NCBI GenBank assembly: GCA_026023565.1
Contig: JAPETS010000038.1
Span: 1 to 64,000 of the forward strand
Direction of reading: 5' to 3'
Source of the DNA: Cirrosporium novae-zelandiae
Taxonomy: Eukaryota
Length of the DNA stretch: 64,000 nt
Shown here piece after piece: positions 14,647 through 28,161 of the stretch. Each line of letters begins with the position of its first letter. The stretch's first letter is position 1. The notes beneath the pieces are model-generated. The model had not been told where the DNA came from. It did not search any database and saw nothing but the letters and a program-made list of their open reading frames with translations. A program made the position numbers and the translations under genes.

Positions 14647-17244
14647 TTAGAAGAAATGCGTATAGATTTTAGACTGCTCATGAACCTCCATTTCCTGTAA
14701 CAAGCATTAGTAACCATTGTGTGATCCTGATGCTCACAAACATACCATTTTGAGAGCATTAATCTCTTCTCTGATCTGTTGAGCAAGTAAAGGAGTCAAC
14801 CGATTGCAAGCAGCAATGTCTCCTCTTCTATCGTATTCTCCACTTGGCCAAGTATCATGGAACTGGATTCTAGGACTAAAGCTGATGTTTTTTGCCATTC
14901 CGCTGTGAGGTGTGCCGGGGGTGCTACTGCGGCGTTCGTCATTCCCGAGACGGGCAACAGACAAGAAATAGTCATCACCTTCGATGGCAACAGAGTCGGT
15001 GCGCCTATGGCCTGACCTAGGGGGTCGGTCATCGGAAGGCGTGCTGGGGGCACTAGAATTGGGTGTATCATTGACGTGGGGTATGTTAGGAAGATTCAGA
15101 TCCAGAGTTTTAAGTTCCAGGGGACGTGAGACTGGAGATGAGTTACCAGAATCTGTTCCATTGCCTGTTCCAGTTCCTTGTCCGTGGTTAGCTTCACGGT
15201 CAATAATACAAATGGGATGAACAGGCATACGTTTTAAAATCCCTTTCCTAACTGCTGCCAATACCTCAGCACGTTCCCTTTCTCCTCCAACAATACTCCT
15301 TCTAGTACTATCGCTAGCACTGACACTTGACGTCATGCTTGGAGTATCAATATTCGCCGAACCGGCGGCATCGAGAGAATTTCTTTCAAGTTTTGGGAAG
15401 CCAGTACCACCACCTATTTGAGAATGTGGGTCGTCGTTCACATTGACCTTCTCACGCTCAGCCTCAACATTCACTATCGAAACTTGGGCAAGACTAGGTT
15501 GAGGAACGGCTTTGTCTGCAGCTGGGACGCCAACAATTGACTTTGGTCGAAACAGTCCGACGATGGATCTGGTCCCCTTTTTCATGCCTTTCCCCATCTT
15601 CCGCAACATGACGGAAGCGGATGAAGCAGTAGATGAAATGGAGAGATTATCCGTTGAACCAGAAAAGAAGTGTCCTTGACCAGAGTATATACTTTCGCCT
15701 AGTCCTGCAGCTTCTTGCTTGCGAGCGATAGCCGCTTGTTCGGCATCTTCTTCGTCCATTTCTGGCTCTTGGTTCTTCCTCAGCTTTGTTCTTTCTGCGA
15801 TATGGTGTTCGTGACTGTTTTGAGCAGAAGCACGGCGTAACTCAGACGCACTACCAAAAGAGAATGCCCTTCTCAAGCGAGATTTTTTCTTTTCATCCTT
15901 CTTACTGACAGCAGCCAATTGCTGTACTGCAGGGCTTACGCTGGCTACCTTCGGAGCAGGGTGATTTTGACTTTGAACTTGTTGAGGAGTTTTGGCCTTC
16001 GGTGTTGGCGGGCTTGCTGTGACTGGATGTGAAAGTGGTGAGGGATTGACGACTCGTTTCTGTGGCTCTGGAGGTCCATGAGATACGCTTGTGGATTTAG
16101 GGTCTTGCTTAGAAGTTGGCATGGGCTGCGGAACAGACTGGCCAGCTGGATGAAGGACTACATTAGGTACCGATGAATCTCGCTTGGCCGAAGATGGACG
16201 TGAGCCACTTCTTGCAGAAGACATGCTTTCTGAGCTGCCATCACGACCATGCTGAGCAACCGGTCTAGATACTACGGCCGTGTTTGAGGATTCATTCTCC
16301 TTGGACTGTAATTTATTGTTGCTGCTGTTGGGTTGCCGAAAATCATTCACAGGGGCCACGAATGCATCAGTTGCAAAACCCCCAAGACTTCTTCGTCGAT
16401 AACGCACTGCTTGGTCAGAAGAATGACGATACAGAGGCATATCGTCCGTACTCGATAGGGGAGATCGCCGATAATTACCCGTATTCATGTTTTGAGATTG
16501 AGGAAGGTTAAGAGTAGGGGAGCTGTTGCCATAGCCAGAATTACCCATTAAATGACTAACTGTTGCCATCCCGGATCCCGAGGGCTGTACGGAATGTGCT
16601 TGCTGTATAGATTGTGACATTGGAGCCGCAGCTGCCGTCTCAGCTCTGCGGTGGGCTCGACGGTATCGATCCGGGGATGATTTTGAGGCAGGAGAATCGG
16701 ATATGTGAAAGCTTGGGATTACGAGGTCTGAAACCGATAGGGGGCGAACCAATCGATCCCTGGGTCTCTGTGAATTTGAAATAGTGGAATCATCTTTCGA
16801 TGTGTTATATGCATTAGAAGGTGATCCAGCGGATAACGAAGAGATGGACGAAGAGTTCGAAGACGCATAACGTGACCGATTATTTGATGATTCTGAATCA
16901 GAAAGCTGATGAGCAAGTGATACAGCCGGCGCAGAGCTGGTTCTGTTCTCTATCCTTAAATGTGGTGAAGGAACACCCTGTCGACTGGGATTTCCCCCTT
17001 GCCCAGGGTTCTGTGTATTTGTAAACCCATAAGGAGCAATCGTCGAAGGGGACCCCTGTCCTCTATAATTTCCATTCATGATATTATTATTTGAAGCATT
17101 TCGAGATGTCTGATTGCCTCTGGTCATTTGTTGTTGCTGTTGAACTTGTTGTGCTGAGTAAGTAGCTGAGGAGGATGAAGGACGTGTCTGTAGCATAGTG
17201 ATGGTTCCAGTCTGTGAAGGCAATGTTTGGACGAGCGCGGCCAT
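14647..17244 (-). CDS. BNI4: BNI4-like protein phosphatase 1 targeting protein
   Basis: The protein is long, Ser/Gln-rich and disordered, with a conserved C-terminus KNISFSPRIQFHDTWPSGEYDRRGDIAACNRLTPLLAQQIREEINALKM|EMEVHEQSKIYTHFF* that includes an RVxF-like motif. The last intron is ~14695-14745; a probable in-frame intron lies at 15177-15230. Confidence 0.8.
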
Positions 17245-19971
17245 TCTATATCGAAATACAGGGATGGTGTAAAGTCTGCAATATTATTGTCCAATGTAGC
17301 TGGTTCGATGTAAGGTAGAGGACGCGTATGGGGGTGATTATGATAAAGCGAAAGGAAATGGAAGAAGGTTGGCAAGACTATCCAAGAATACGCTGTTAGC
17401 AGGTAGATCAAGGTGAGCTGAATTGAATAAAGACGAAGATGTGTATGTGTGTTTGAGGGTTCTATGACCCTTCGGTTCCATTCCACCAAAGGAGTAAAAG
17501 TGGCAGGTTTCAGATTCTCGCGGTCAGGAACAGCCAACTCACCCTTCGGTTAGAAAAAGCCTGTAAGAGCGAGCGTGGACATCGATTACGATTTGTGACG
17601 ATGGTTGGATCAAAGTCTTAACCAGGAACTGAGAATTTCCAGTTGTGAGATCAAGATTCTCGAGAATGGGGTTGTGTTTTTTCGACGTTTCAAGCGTCAC
17701 TCCAAATAAGATTTATTTTACCTGAAAAGAACCTTCCACACAATCCGAGATAGAATGATCAAGCCCAAATGTCAATGAATACAAAAAAGGCACCGGATGA
17801 CTACGGCGTGGTGGGAGGATTGGTGGGAGGATTTGGATGTCGAGGTGGTGGTGGTTGATTGTAAAAGGGGAAAGGGTGGTGGTAGCGAGTGGATATGGGT
17901 TAGCCGCGTGAGGAATGCGTTGCTAGTTACCTGCCCTGTCCGACGGGCAAAAATGGGCCAAAGTAAGAGGACAATGCACGATGAAACAAACAGAAGCGGA
18001 TGAATTAAGGTAAAATGGTGCAAAGAGAGATACGATTGATGGGCGAAGAGAATGAGGGGGGGGGAAATGAAGATGGAGAAGAAGTGTAAGGGTGGGAAAA
18101 TAGAAAGTTTGGCTTGAACGAAGATTTAGGAGGGGATTGGATGAGAGGCGGGTGGTGTCGGCGTAGTGGGTAGTAGTAGGAGTAGTAGGAGTAAGTTAGA
18201 GTAGCGAGACAAGCCTTAAGCAGCCTCGGAATAATAACTACTACAACTACGTTAGATTTAGAGGAGAGTAGTAGAGGGGGAGAGAGATAGTAGTAGTAGT
18301 AGTAGGAGTAAGTCGTGGAGAGAGAGAGAGCAAGCAGTAGGAGGTAGTAGTAAGTAGGAGTAATAGTTAGTAATGGAGTAATAGTAGGAGTAGTAGCTGT
18401 AAGGTATTTTGGAGGTGAAATTGTACTGCGTAAGTAAAAAAAAATAAAATAAAAAAAACCAGCAGTTGAAAAGGGCCCTCTCTCTGTTCTCTCTGACAAA
18501 AGTGGTAGTCGTATTTAGTGAACAGTAGTCTCCAGTCCAAAGGGCCATTGAACCGGGCTCTCCACTCTCCACAGTTCGTTTGGTGACGATGATGCTACTG
18601 TCACCAAAAAATAAATCTACAGGGGTCGCAATTTAAGTACATTTTATGCTGCTTCTTTTACGGAGAACGGCCTGTCCGGAGCCTATAGGGCCTATCCAAC
18701 AACTACTTTGGAAATGCAGCCTGCAAGGCCAATACCAGTGGGTGAGCATGTCTACCAAGGTACATCTTTTTTTCCCATGTTTTTGTTGTTTTGCTACTTT
18801 CTCCAGGGTTTCCCTGACCCATACATGTGAGTAATATTGACTTTGAATAATCTTCATCCTCCAGGGAAACCAACTGGGGTTGAATTCAATCAATTGTTGT
18901 TGCGATGGTGGTCAAATATCTAATCCCGAGATACTTCTCCGCAGCCTGTTAGTTAGTCTAGTGAGAGAAGGCAAGAGAAGGAATAAGTTGAATGAACTAT
19001 CTAGGTAACCAAGGTAATTTAGAAGCAGCCAGAGAGCCACCCGAAGATGGTTAAGCAGGGGTTCACCAATTGCATTTGGAATTATGAAAAACGGTGCTAA
19101 GAACAGTTACCGTTTCGTTGTTTGTAGTTAAGCTGCCTTAGGTGCCTAGGTTGCCTAGGTTGCCTAGGAAGCCTTGCCTTGTTCTTGTTTGGTCTTGTCT
19201 TGTCTGGTCTTGGTGAAGGCGGTATTGTCACAGTGGTGTAATATAAATTTCAATATCTTTGTTTCAACTAAACTCTATTCCATTGCATTACGCCCGTTGC
19301 TGACTTCACGCTCCGTGCCAGCCCTATTGAAATCTCCTGGCCGCGCCTCTGTTTCGTATCGCCCCTCATGACTAGATCATCTTGCCGTGCCTGCTAAGAT
19401 TATAATCAGATCTTTAATTGAAATCATTGCTAGAAGGTTATGATTTGAAGCTAGAAGGTCAGCTTCAGCAAATATTGAAGAAATATATCTTTTCATTGAC
19501 ATGTCAAGGTAATTATGCCGACGAAGCATGTCATCAGTAAAGCGTGTATTGTACAATAACATCCAATGTAGATTAGCTTCTCTGCCGATAAACAATCCTG
19601 TAATTATTGTTGAAGTCATTTAAAAAAAAAGCATTAATTTTCCATGATTGTTACTTTATCATCAACTCATCTGGAGTATCTTAACTTAACCTGCTCTAGC
19701 ACCAGAACTACACTGAGCCGGCCTTGCTTGAACTGCTTAACTTGTCCTATCCACTAAGTAGTAACCGGACAAGTAGATAAATAATCATGTCTCTCCATTT
19801 TTTAGACTAACCAGTTACTAGTTAATCCTAATTGTGAATCCTTTGGTGCAATTCTCTTAACTTAAAGACAATCTGACTCAAACTCCGGCCTGAATATACT
19901 CGAGTAGTACTCTCTGACTGACACAAAGAAGGGTCAAGGTCGATCAACGTTGTCGATTGTTGATAACTGTT

Positions 19972-20004
<33 letters not shown>

Positions 20005-23000
20005 CAAAGATGTCTTCTCCTTCATTGAATGCCTGTATATTAAGGCTTAATTTGGTATAGGTCAGTTTAATTAACCGAACTAACTAACTGCATTCATTAA
20101 TTACGAAATCCCCCCCTCTTCCCCTCGCCCCTCACCCCTCGTCGTCTCTCTTGCATGTTACACAGTAAACAGGAATTCAAAGGTTCAAGGCTCAAGAGCT
20201 CACCGTCTTTGACCTTGAATTTACCAACTTACCAACTTACCAACTTACCGCCCCTCTTCATGATATGATATGCAAATATCAAGGGATCCTACTTGAAACG
20301 GTACCACTTTCTTCCACATCAGGCAAAGATTACTGAATGGTCGAAGCTCATTTCTTACATTCATTAACTCCGCACTCTCGATCTTCAGGGTCAGCTACTT
20401 CTCGGTTTAGACTGGTCAACTTGTTCGGAATCGATAAGATGGAGATCTACACGACACTGTAATAATCGCGAATTCGCAATCGTGGTTGACTAGTGGATAC
20501 TGTGCACTCCTATTAATACTTATACTTCAAAAGCCTACAGCCGCCATGGTATTAACAGCGAGCCACAGTTAATTCCTCGGCAGCAAAATTGAAACCAAGT
20601 TCACGCTATCAAAGTATATACATGGTACCAGCCAGCGGCGTTAACTAATAGTAAAATTATAAAATCGACCCATTCGAACCTGACATTCAATATGGGTAGA
20701 CTATGGTCCTTTGAAATTATAAAATAATAAAGTTATACGATTAGAAAGAAGTAAATATCGAGGTGTACATTAATACAGTTCAGTACTTGGTTTGAAAATG
20801 CGGGATTTCCACTTTTCGTATTTTCGTATCTGCAAAACATCTATTAAAGTTCAAACGAAGTTTTTTCTTCTTTCTTTCGAAATGCAAGATGCATCATGCC
20901 AGCTTGCAGCTTGCATTCGACCACCAACTGATCCGGACTCGTCCTCTCTAGCTCGCAAGTCTACGGTTTCTACCGTGCACCCTTTGCGATAAAGAAAGGA
21001 ATTTGTTATAACCGAATGGGGATGTTCCCCTTATTAAACCACAACATCAATTTTAGATATAAGGCCTTTCGGACAATTCCAACCCGAGGGTGCATCTCAG
21101 GGCTCATTGACAGGTGAAGGCTTAAGGGGATGAAAGCCAAAGAGTACTTAAAGCCTAAGGCCACCGAGATTTCATGGATTTCATGGATTACTCGGCTACC
21201 AACACCATTCACAGTTTGTATGAAGACTGTGCCACGCATCACATGGCCATTATTACTCTTTTACTTATCCAAAGCGTGGCAGACAATTATTTTCTTTTCG
21301 TCCCTTTCTTTTTTTCTTCCTCTTGTTCATGCCTTCAGATAGAGCCATTTGGGTTCATTTCGGTCAAAGTCGGCTAAACCGAAGTTTATTAGATTCGAGC
21401 AACCCCTTGTCTAGATCCAGCAAATTGATTTGCACGAGGCAGTTCCAGGGAGTTGTCGGATATCAACATAATAATTATTATATCATCCATCCTCTTGGAG
21501 GCTTTCAACAACCAGAGGAATCTTGAATCTTGAACCTTGTTATCCTCGTTTGGTATCTACCAACTTATTAGGAATCAGTTGGAAACAAAGCTACCGGACT
21601 CAAGTCTCAATTCCAAACACTTTAGACACCAGAATATTTTTATACGTTATCAACTTATGTGGTATGGAATAGTTATGTATCGAGTATCCATGGTCAGACT
21701 GGTCATCTAGACCGATTCGAAGGTCCAGCCACTAATTTTGTGTGGGGGTTGAGGTACTCGAGTAGAAAATTGACTAGAACGCCTCCTTGGCCCATCAACT
21801 TTGGGGGATTTTCACAGGGATCTGGTCTTAACATGGAGATATCATCGATTCATCATACATAGTACGTGGCTCCCTGCCCTTGAAACGCTGTTCTGCGAAT
21901 CTGTGGCTGTCTACAGAGTCCCACTTGACCATCTATAATGCAACAGGACAGGATGCTTCTGTTTCACCGTCTTTGGCTTGTTTCTTTGCCGCCCTCTGCT
22001 TGAGATGGGGATCTTTCCTTCCGCAGGTCTACACTATGTAAACCCAGTTAGAGAACCGTGTCTCAGATCAAAGATTGCGTTGGAATCCAGGTGATCGGGT
22101 CAGTGAAACGTCAAAAGATACCATGACCATCCTTTAGATGACCCTTGGAATTCGAATACTGCAAACTTTACGGCAATTCTAATGTTTTGGGTGATTTGTT
22201 CTTGTTCTTGGGATTCGACGTTCATTTTTACCACTGGAAGTATTTTTTACAACCGCCTAATTTATGTGTGGTAGCTTCGGTGGCCGACTACCGATGGAGA
22301 TACAAGGATATCGTATCTCCTACTAAACCCTCATTAGAAGTTTGCTAATGGGCTGGAACTGATGATATTCGCCACTTTGGTTTACAAGACCGTTACAATT
22401 GTTCGCGGAACCAATACCTGGTCCAGAAGCTTCCCTTATTCTTTTTTTTTTTTTGCCAACCTTTCCTTGGCTAACTACTTGTGGATGCAGAAGCGTAATA
22501 AATTACTTAAACCATTTCCTAATGCAAGAAAGCTCTAAGGCGCCGCTCCGGCTAGTCAATCCTCATCGGTCCAATGACTAGATCCAGATTATTCAGGGTC
22601 CTTTCCTCAAGCCATCACGGCAAAGAATTGCTACAGATCTCGCCATTCTGAGATTCGTCCATGCTCCTATGGAACGCCAGAGCCGTGATATGGTGATTGT
22701 ATTTGTCCAAGACCAACCAGATCTAGTCTGATCTGGTTTTCTAGAAGGTCTCCATTATGCGTTAATATATTGTTATCAAAGTCAATCTCCAATCAAAAAC
22801 AAAAGAATGTCTTCGCTCAAGGCAGATAGAGGGGGTTTTAAAAAGGTATTGATCAGTTTGATTGCCAATCCTGGCTTACTTGTGTTCTTTTAGGAATACT
22901 ATCACAGTAAGCCTCTCGCCCCCGATAACAGCCATGTCTCTATCAATTTTTTATTGGAATAGACATTTCTATAGTTCTAATGTCAAGCCCACGACTCCCA

Positions 23001-25069
23001 CGGTAGGTCCCCATTGTGGTATTTCATATTCCTCCACATCCTGAAACGGTTTAGGTGCATTTTTATGAGACTGAAATCAATTTTCAATTCAATCTGCTGG
23101 CGTCTATGTTTTTCTTCCGTGTAAACCTTGAACATCAACAGTTGACAGCTTTTGTATGATATCCACATCCTTTCCATGGGCTAGTCGCTGCTTTTTAAAA
23201 CTGGACCCACACTACTTCCAACCATGCTAGCAGCCATTCACATTCTTAGCATTGTAAAGGTCTGACCGTTAACCTGCGGGTTTGATGAAACCGAATATAT
23301 TTAATAGAATATCGGGCAGAGGGTGGAAATGGTAAACAGCCGAAGAGGGGTATGGGGGTTCGTGGGTAGGCCGGCCGATCCGTACAAGAAAATCATGAGA
23401 TTCCTACTTGTCTGTTTTGCCTTTGACTTATGACTCTTCCAGATGAGGCTTCCTCAAAGTACTTATAATAATATTTGAATCTTGGCAGTTAAGCAAAGGC
23501 TCTGAAGCCTGTTATGAGAAGAAATGCCATTCGTTGTGTTTATCTGCGTGCCTCATTAACAACATTGATAACAGCCCCCAAATTGACACGGCTGCTTTAC
23601 AATTTTGGAAGTCCTTGCTTAGATATCCTATATCCTATAATTAGGTTGATTACATCCAGGACCTAACCAATGCATGCCCTTCTCGTTAATCATATATGAC
23701 AAATATGTCTGATATCTCCTCCTGCCTCGACACAGTAACACTGAAATGGCGCAGATTCAACACACGTGCGAGTAACACGGAACCGAAACCCGACTTATGT
23801 CAAGCATCTCACCCCACAAGTCATGATATAGTCAAAGCCTCAGAGTCTGATATCTCGTGTTGAAGAGCGGCACAGGCGGAATATCCAAGCGAAAACGAGG
23901 ATGACAGACCAGGTGTTTGCTCCACACGTACCTTGTAGCCCTATAAAGCGAGTCATGGCGAAGACGAGAATGGTTGGATCTGCATAAGCTCACTGTTTCA
24001 AGACCAAAGTACCAGCAAGTCTTTCTCCTGTCATCACCGTGTTCGATCAAAGGAAGAAATCAGATTCGTCGGATCGGCGCTCGGTCATTGAGAATTAAAG
24101 TATCGGGCATTTAGTCTAAGGTGGCCGAAATGAGGAAACGAAGGATCATCAAGAGTGTTTTTGTTTTTTCTCTCGCAAAAGCGGAGCGGGTATGCGAGCA
24201 TAGGGCACAGTGGAAATCTGGTAGATGAGGGCAGAGAGCAGAGTGGTCAAAGTAGTCAAAGTAGTCAAAGTAATGCAAATGGTTACCAAATTTAGGTCCG
24301 AGGATAGTTAGAATTGGTTAGAATTGGTTAGAATAGGGTAGGATGAGGCTGAGCAGGTTGGGTAAATACGTCATTATTGGTGGGGTTCATTGGAGAGTTG
24401 ACCATCCTTAGCTGGCACGACTGGATGATTTATGGATGATTATGGATAACTGTGGGAGACTTTCCAACTACCTTGAGCTACCTTTGGTTACTTTATCTGC
24501 AGAGACTGCATACCGCATATACGGTAAAACTATGCTGTCCAAAGAGCTCACAACATCTCAATCCTGAACTGCCACGGCTGCTCACTCCCCCCCCATTCCC
24601 CATTCCCCCATTCAGGCTATGTCTCTCAAACACCGTGCAAGTCAGCAAGCCAGCAAGTCAGGATGTCAGGATGCCCAAGAAGTCAGCAAACCTGCCGTCA
24701 CAACATTTAGCGGGGCTGGGCCTGACTTACTGCTGAATGGCCTTGGCCGGTCCTTCAGGTTCAGCTTCCCCGATGATGGCTTGACTCTCTCTCTCTCTAT
24801 CTGTCCTGTCCTTTCTCTCTTTCTCTTTCTTTCCTAACTGTTGTTTGTATCAAGGAAACTGTGCTTTGTACGTGGTCGATTAATTCACGTCAATCAATTC
24901 ATTTGGGTGGCTGGGTTTAATTATCTATTCTAAGAGTGAATACAGTCATGAAGTGAAACGACACCTCAGGCAATTCAAGTTCATCTGCATAACCTTTCAG
25001 AAATCATCATCCTCTTTCACCTATACCATATCATATCATCGAGGCCTGCCCTCAAACAACATTGTTCAA

Positions 25070-26185
25070 ATGGCCGTTCTAGGTCGAGATATCTATCATA
25101 CAGATGATGGTCACCCTACCGACAATAAGGGTGCTGCTTTCCTTAGCTCCGCACATACAGATCTAGAAAACAATCCCGTCACAACAAGTACGTCGGCAGA
25201 AGCAACCTCCTCGGAAACCAATGCGTCTGCTACCACCAGTACCGGACTAGCTGCTGCCAGTACGGCTTCATCTACAACTTCGGATGCCTCTACTTCAACA
25301 TTCTTTCCTCCTGGAAGAAATCCTTTTGGAGTACCAGGGTTTGCAATATCATCTACTGGTTCTAATGGGGCACAATCCACTGCATCAAGTGCCTCCCTCA
25401 ACTCGGCCAGTGTCTCAAATAATGGATCTGGGCTTTCATTAACGACCACCATAGTTATTGCTATTTTGGTCCCAGTCGTTGTAATTGCATCAATTCTCGG
25501 GGCTCTTTGTTGTCTTCGTCGGCGGCGACAACGACGTACCGCCCAAATTGCAGCTGCTTCTTCGTCTCCTTCGGATGGGCAAATGCGTGATGTTCATGCT
25601 ACCACTGAGTTCCTCCCGGTATATACTCCTCGTCAACCCACGACAACCAATCCATTTGCCGATAGCGTAAATCCATCTTCCATGCCAATTCAAGAACCTG
25701 ATGTCATACCACGTCGCACTGCAACCATGCACTCGGGTTATTACACTGGTATCGATACCTCAGCGCTTGGTTCTATTTCTCCTCCACCGGGCATTCATCT
25801 AGCCGACCCAGACTGTGAAGATGATCCGCCACCTCCATATGCGCCAAAACGGTCAGGATCAAGAGCTACAAATGCAACAGCTACAGGATCCCGAAACGTA
25901 GAAGCTACAGGTCTAATGTCTGAAGGAACGGGGTTGCATAGCATTACACAAAATGAGGATCCGATCGGCGAATTTAGGACTGCTGGAGTGAGGTCACCTT
26001 TTGAGGATCCGGCCAACGTGGTAGACGATGATTCTATCTCTTTTATATCAGGTGATGATAGCAGACCAACAAGAAACAGAGATGCAGATGAAATCAGCTT
26101 CGTCTCTGCTTTAGAAGAAGGGTCAGGCAATCCGAGAAGGAGTGATGCGTTTTCAGGAAGAACTAATTCTGGGGTGCCGGTATGA
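25070..26185 (+). CDS. Single-pass membrane protein with Ser/Thr-rich ectodomain and cytosolic PY motifs
   Basis: A Ser/Thr-rich N-terminal half precedes the TM helix IVIAILVPVVVIASILGALCCL and the basic stretch RRRRQRR. LPVY and PPPPY motifs follow. ATG at 25070 has good context (TCAAAATGG). Confidence 0.75.
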   Translation: MAVLGRDIYHTDDGHPTDNKGAAFLSSAHTDLENNPVTTSTSAEATSSETNASATTSTGLAAASTASSTTSDASTSTFFPPGRNPFGVPGFAISSTGSNGAQSTASSASLNSASVSNNGSGLSLTTTIVIAILVPVVVIASILGALCCLRRRRQRRTAQIAAASSSPSDGQMRDVHATTEFLPVYTPRQPTTTNPFADSVNPSSMPIQEPDVIPRRTATMHSGYYTGIDTSALGSISPPPGIHLADPDCEDDPPPPYAPKRSGSRATNATATGSRNVEATGLMSEGTGLHSITQNEDPIGEFRTAGVRSPFEDPANVVDDDSISFISGDDSRPTRNRDADEISFVSALEEGSGNPRRSDAFSGRTNSGVPV

Positions 26186-26851
26186 TAAGCGTGAGAGGGG
26201 AAGGGAGATACGGAGACCAAAAAAATATATTCCTGTGCATGGGTTGACGTTATGAGGTATGAAGGCGATGTATTTGATGGGTTTTATAAATTTCACAAGG
26301 CGCTCGTTCAAGGCATTTTCGAGTATCGTTGAGCATGATTTCCACGGTGACTTTAATATTCCTGTCAGTAAATAATCTTTAGTATTATAGGTTTAGAAGC
26401 GTTCAATTCACCAACGCATTTAGCAATTAGTTGGGATATGATGATGACTACTAATAACTAATGTACCGCACAGTACCTTCTGTAGGTATATTAACACGTA
26501 GGGTAACCAGGTAGTTCTATAATTTTGATGATAGTCAAGATTCCAAAACATGAATAAATTAATAGAAAGGCCATATCTATTGTACTGTACGGTTTGGATT
26601 ATTGAAATAAAGTTGTGGAATTCTCTTTATAAACAACCTTATTCGTTTACAGTTGGCTGATCCGTTGCCCGTTCAAGCCTCTTCATCTTAGCGACTCGGG
26701 ACCTCTTCCTACAACTATTAACATCATTAACTAATCTGTCCAACTGATCTTCGTAACACCCCCCCCCTCCTCATATCATCGTCCTTACACTCATTCACAC
26801 TCGCTTTCCCACTTCCTCTTCTTCCTCTTCTTTTTCTCCTTCAACATCGTC

Positions 26852-28161
26852 ATGATGAAGCTCTCACAACATTCCAGCAGCAGTATTCTTCTATCCACCC
26901 TTCTCCTGATACCATCGGTCACCCTCGTCTCCGGCTACAATCTTGACTGCAAGAAGGTGCTGGTAGACAAAACAAATTGGGACTTTAGCAAGCTCGGGGG
27001 CCCGCACTCCGTATTATATTCACAACCGCATTGGCCAACAACAAAAAACACCACATTTACCCTTGATATATGTAACCCGTTGCAGCGGTCGAAGAATAAA
27101 GAGGAGAGAAAGAAAGAATGTGCTAGTGGGACGCATGGTAAGTTGTCTTCTGTCCTTCCTTTATGAAGCTTTGGAACCATACACCACTATACATATCCAT
27201 TCTATCATTTATCTACCTTTTTATTACTATCGTCAAGTCCAGGTCAACCTCTGACACCATATATAGTCTGCGCCATCGAACGCACCATCTACGAAGATGG
27301 AACCGAGAAGATCGACGGCATCATAAACATAGCTGGCAACTACGGCCTAACGCATGGCCATCCAACCCTCGAACCCTACTGGACGCGTTTAAAATCCTCA
27401 AACTCCCATGCCGACACAGACAAGGAAGGCGTCAGATTAGAATTACACGGAGGCCAATACCCGTTCGACGAACCAACCGCAGTGGAACAGAAGGCCGTGA
27501 TTGAATTTTTGTGCGATGAGTCGAGGACGGGGTTGGAAGATGAGGACAAAAAGGAAAAGAGGAGAGATGACAAAGAAGAAGATGGCGACGATGAGGATGG
27601 TGAGGGTGAGGGTGATGACGACGATGAAGACTCCGGCCCCAAAAACCCTCCCACATACGACGACGGCCGCAACCCCGACCGCTCTCTCCGATTCATCAGC
27701 TACCAACCCGAGGATAAAGCCGACGTATTACGTTTGGAATGGCGGACCAAGTACGCATGCGAGAGCGCCCTAGATAACGACCCTTCATCCGGAAACAACG
27801 ATGAAAGCCACTGGGGGGTCTTCACCTGGTTCATCATCGTGTATGTCACTCTTTTCTTCCCACCCTCCCTTCCTTCCCTTCCTTCCCCCACCCCCACTCT
27901 TGTCTCCCCGCATCACACCCACTCTCATCCTCACTCACACTTACTAATCCAACCCACAGAGTTTTCCTAACAACCGCCTCCTACCTAATCTTCTCTTCAT
28001 GGATAAACTACAACCGCTACGGCGCCCGCGGGTGGGACCTAGTCCCCCACTCGGACACCGTCCGCGACCTACCCTACCTACTCCGCGACTGGGGCCGTCG
28101 GGTTGTGGGTACCGTATCTGGAGATAGCGCCCGGAATCGGGGTGGATACAGTGCCGTTTAA
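26852..28161 (+). CDS. ATG27: Autophagy protein Atg27 (MRH domain type I membrane protein), 3 exons
   Basis: Signal peptide, WDFSKLGGPH, DICNPL, AVIEFLCD and VLRLEWRTKYACE are present, followed by a TM helix, YNRYGARGWDLVPH and the C-terminal GGYSAV* YxxPhi sorting motif. Confidence 0.92.

Noticed and set aside
20660..20700. tRNA-like GGTTCGAAT T-loop motif on the minus strand
   Set aside because: No acceptor stem, D-arm or anticodon arm could be built around it.
22716..22739. Short hairpin AACCAGATC-N6-GATCTGGTT (and the palindrome at 54506-54519)
   Set aside because: Stems of 7-9 bp are expected by chance in 64 kb, and there is no supporting context.
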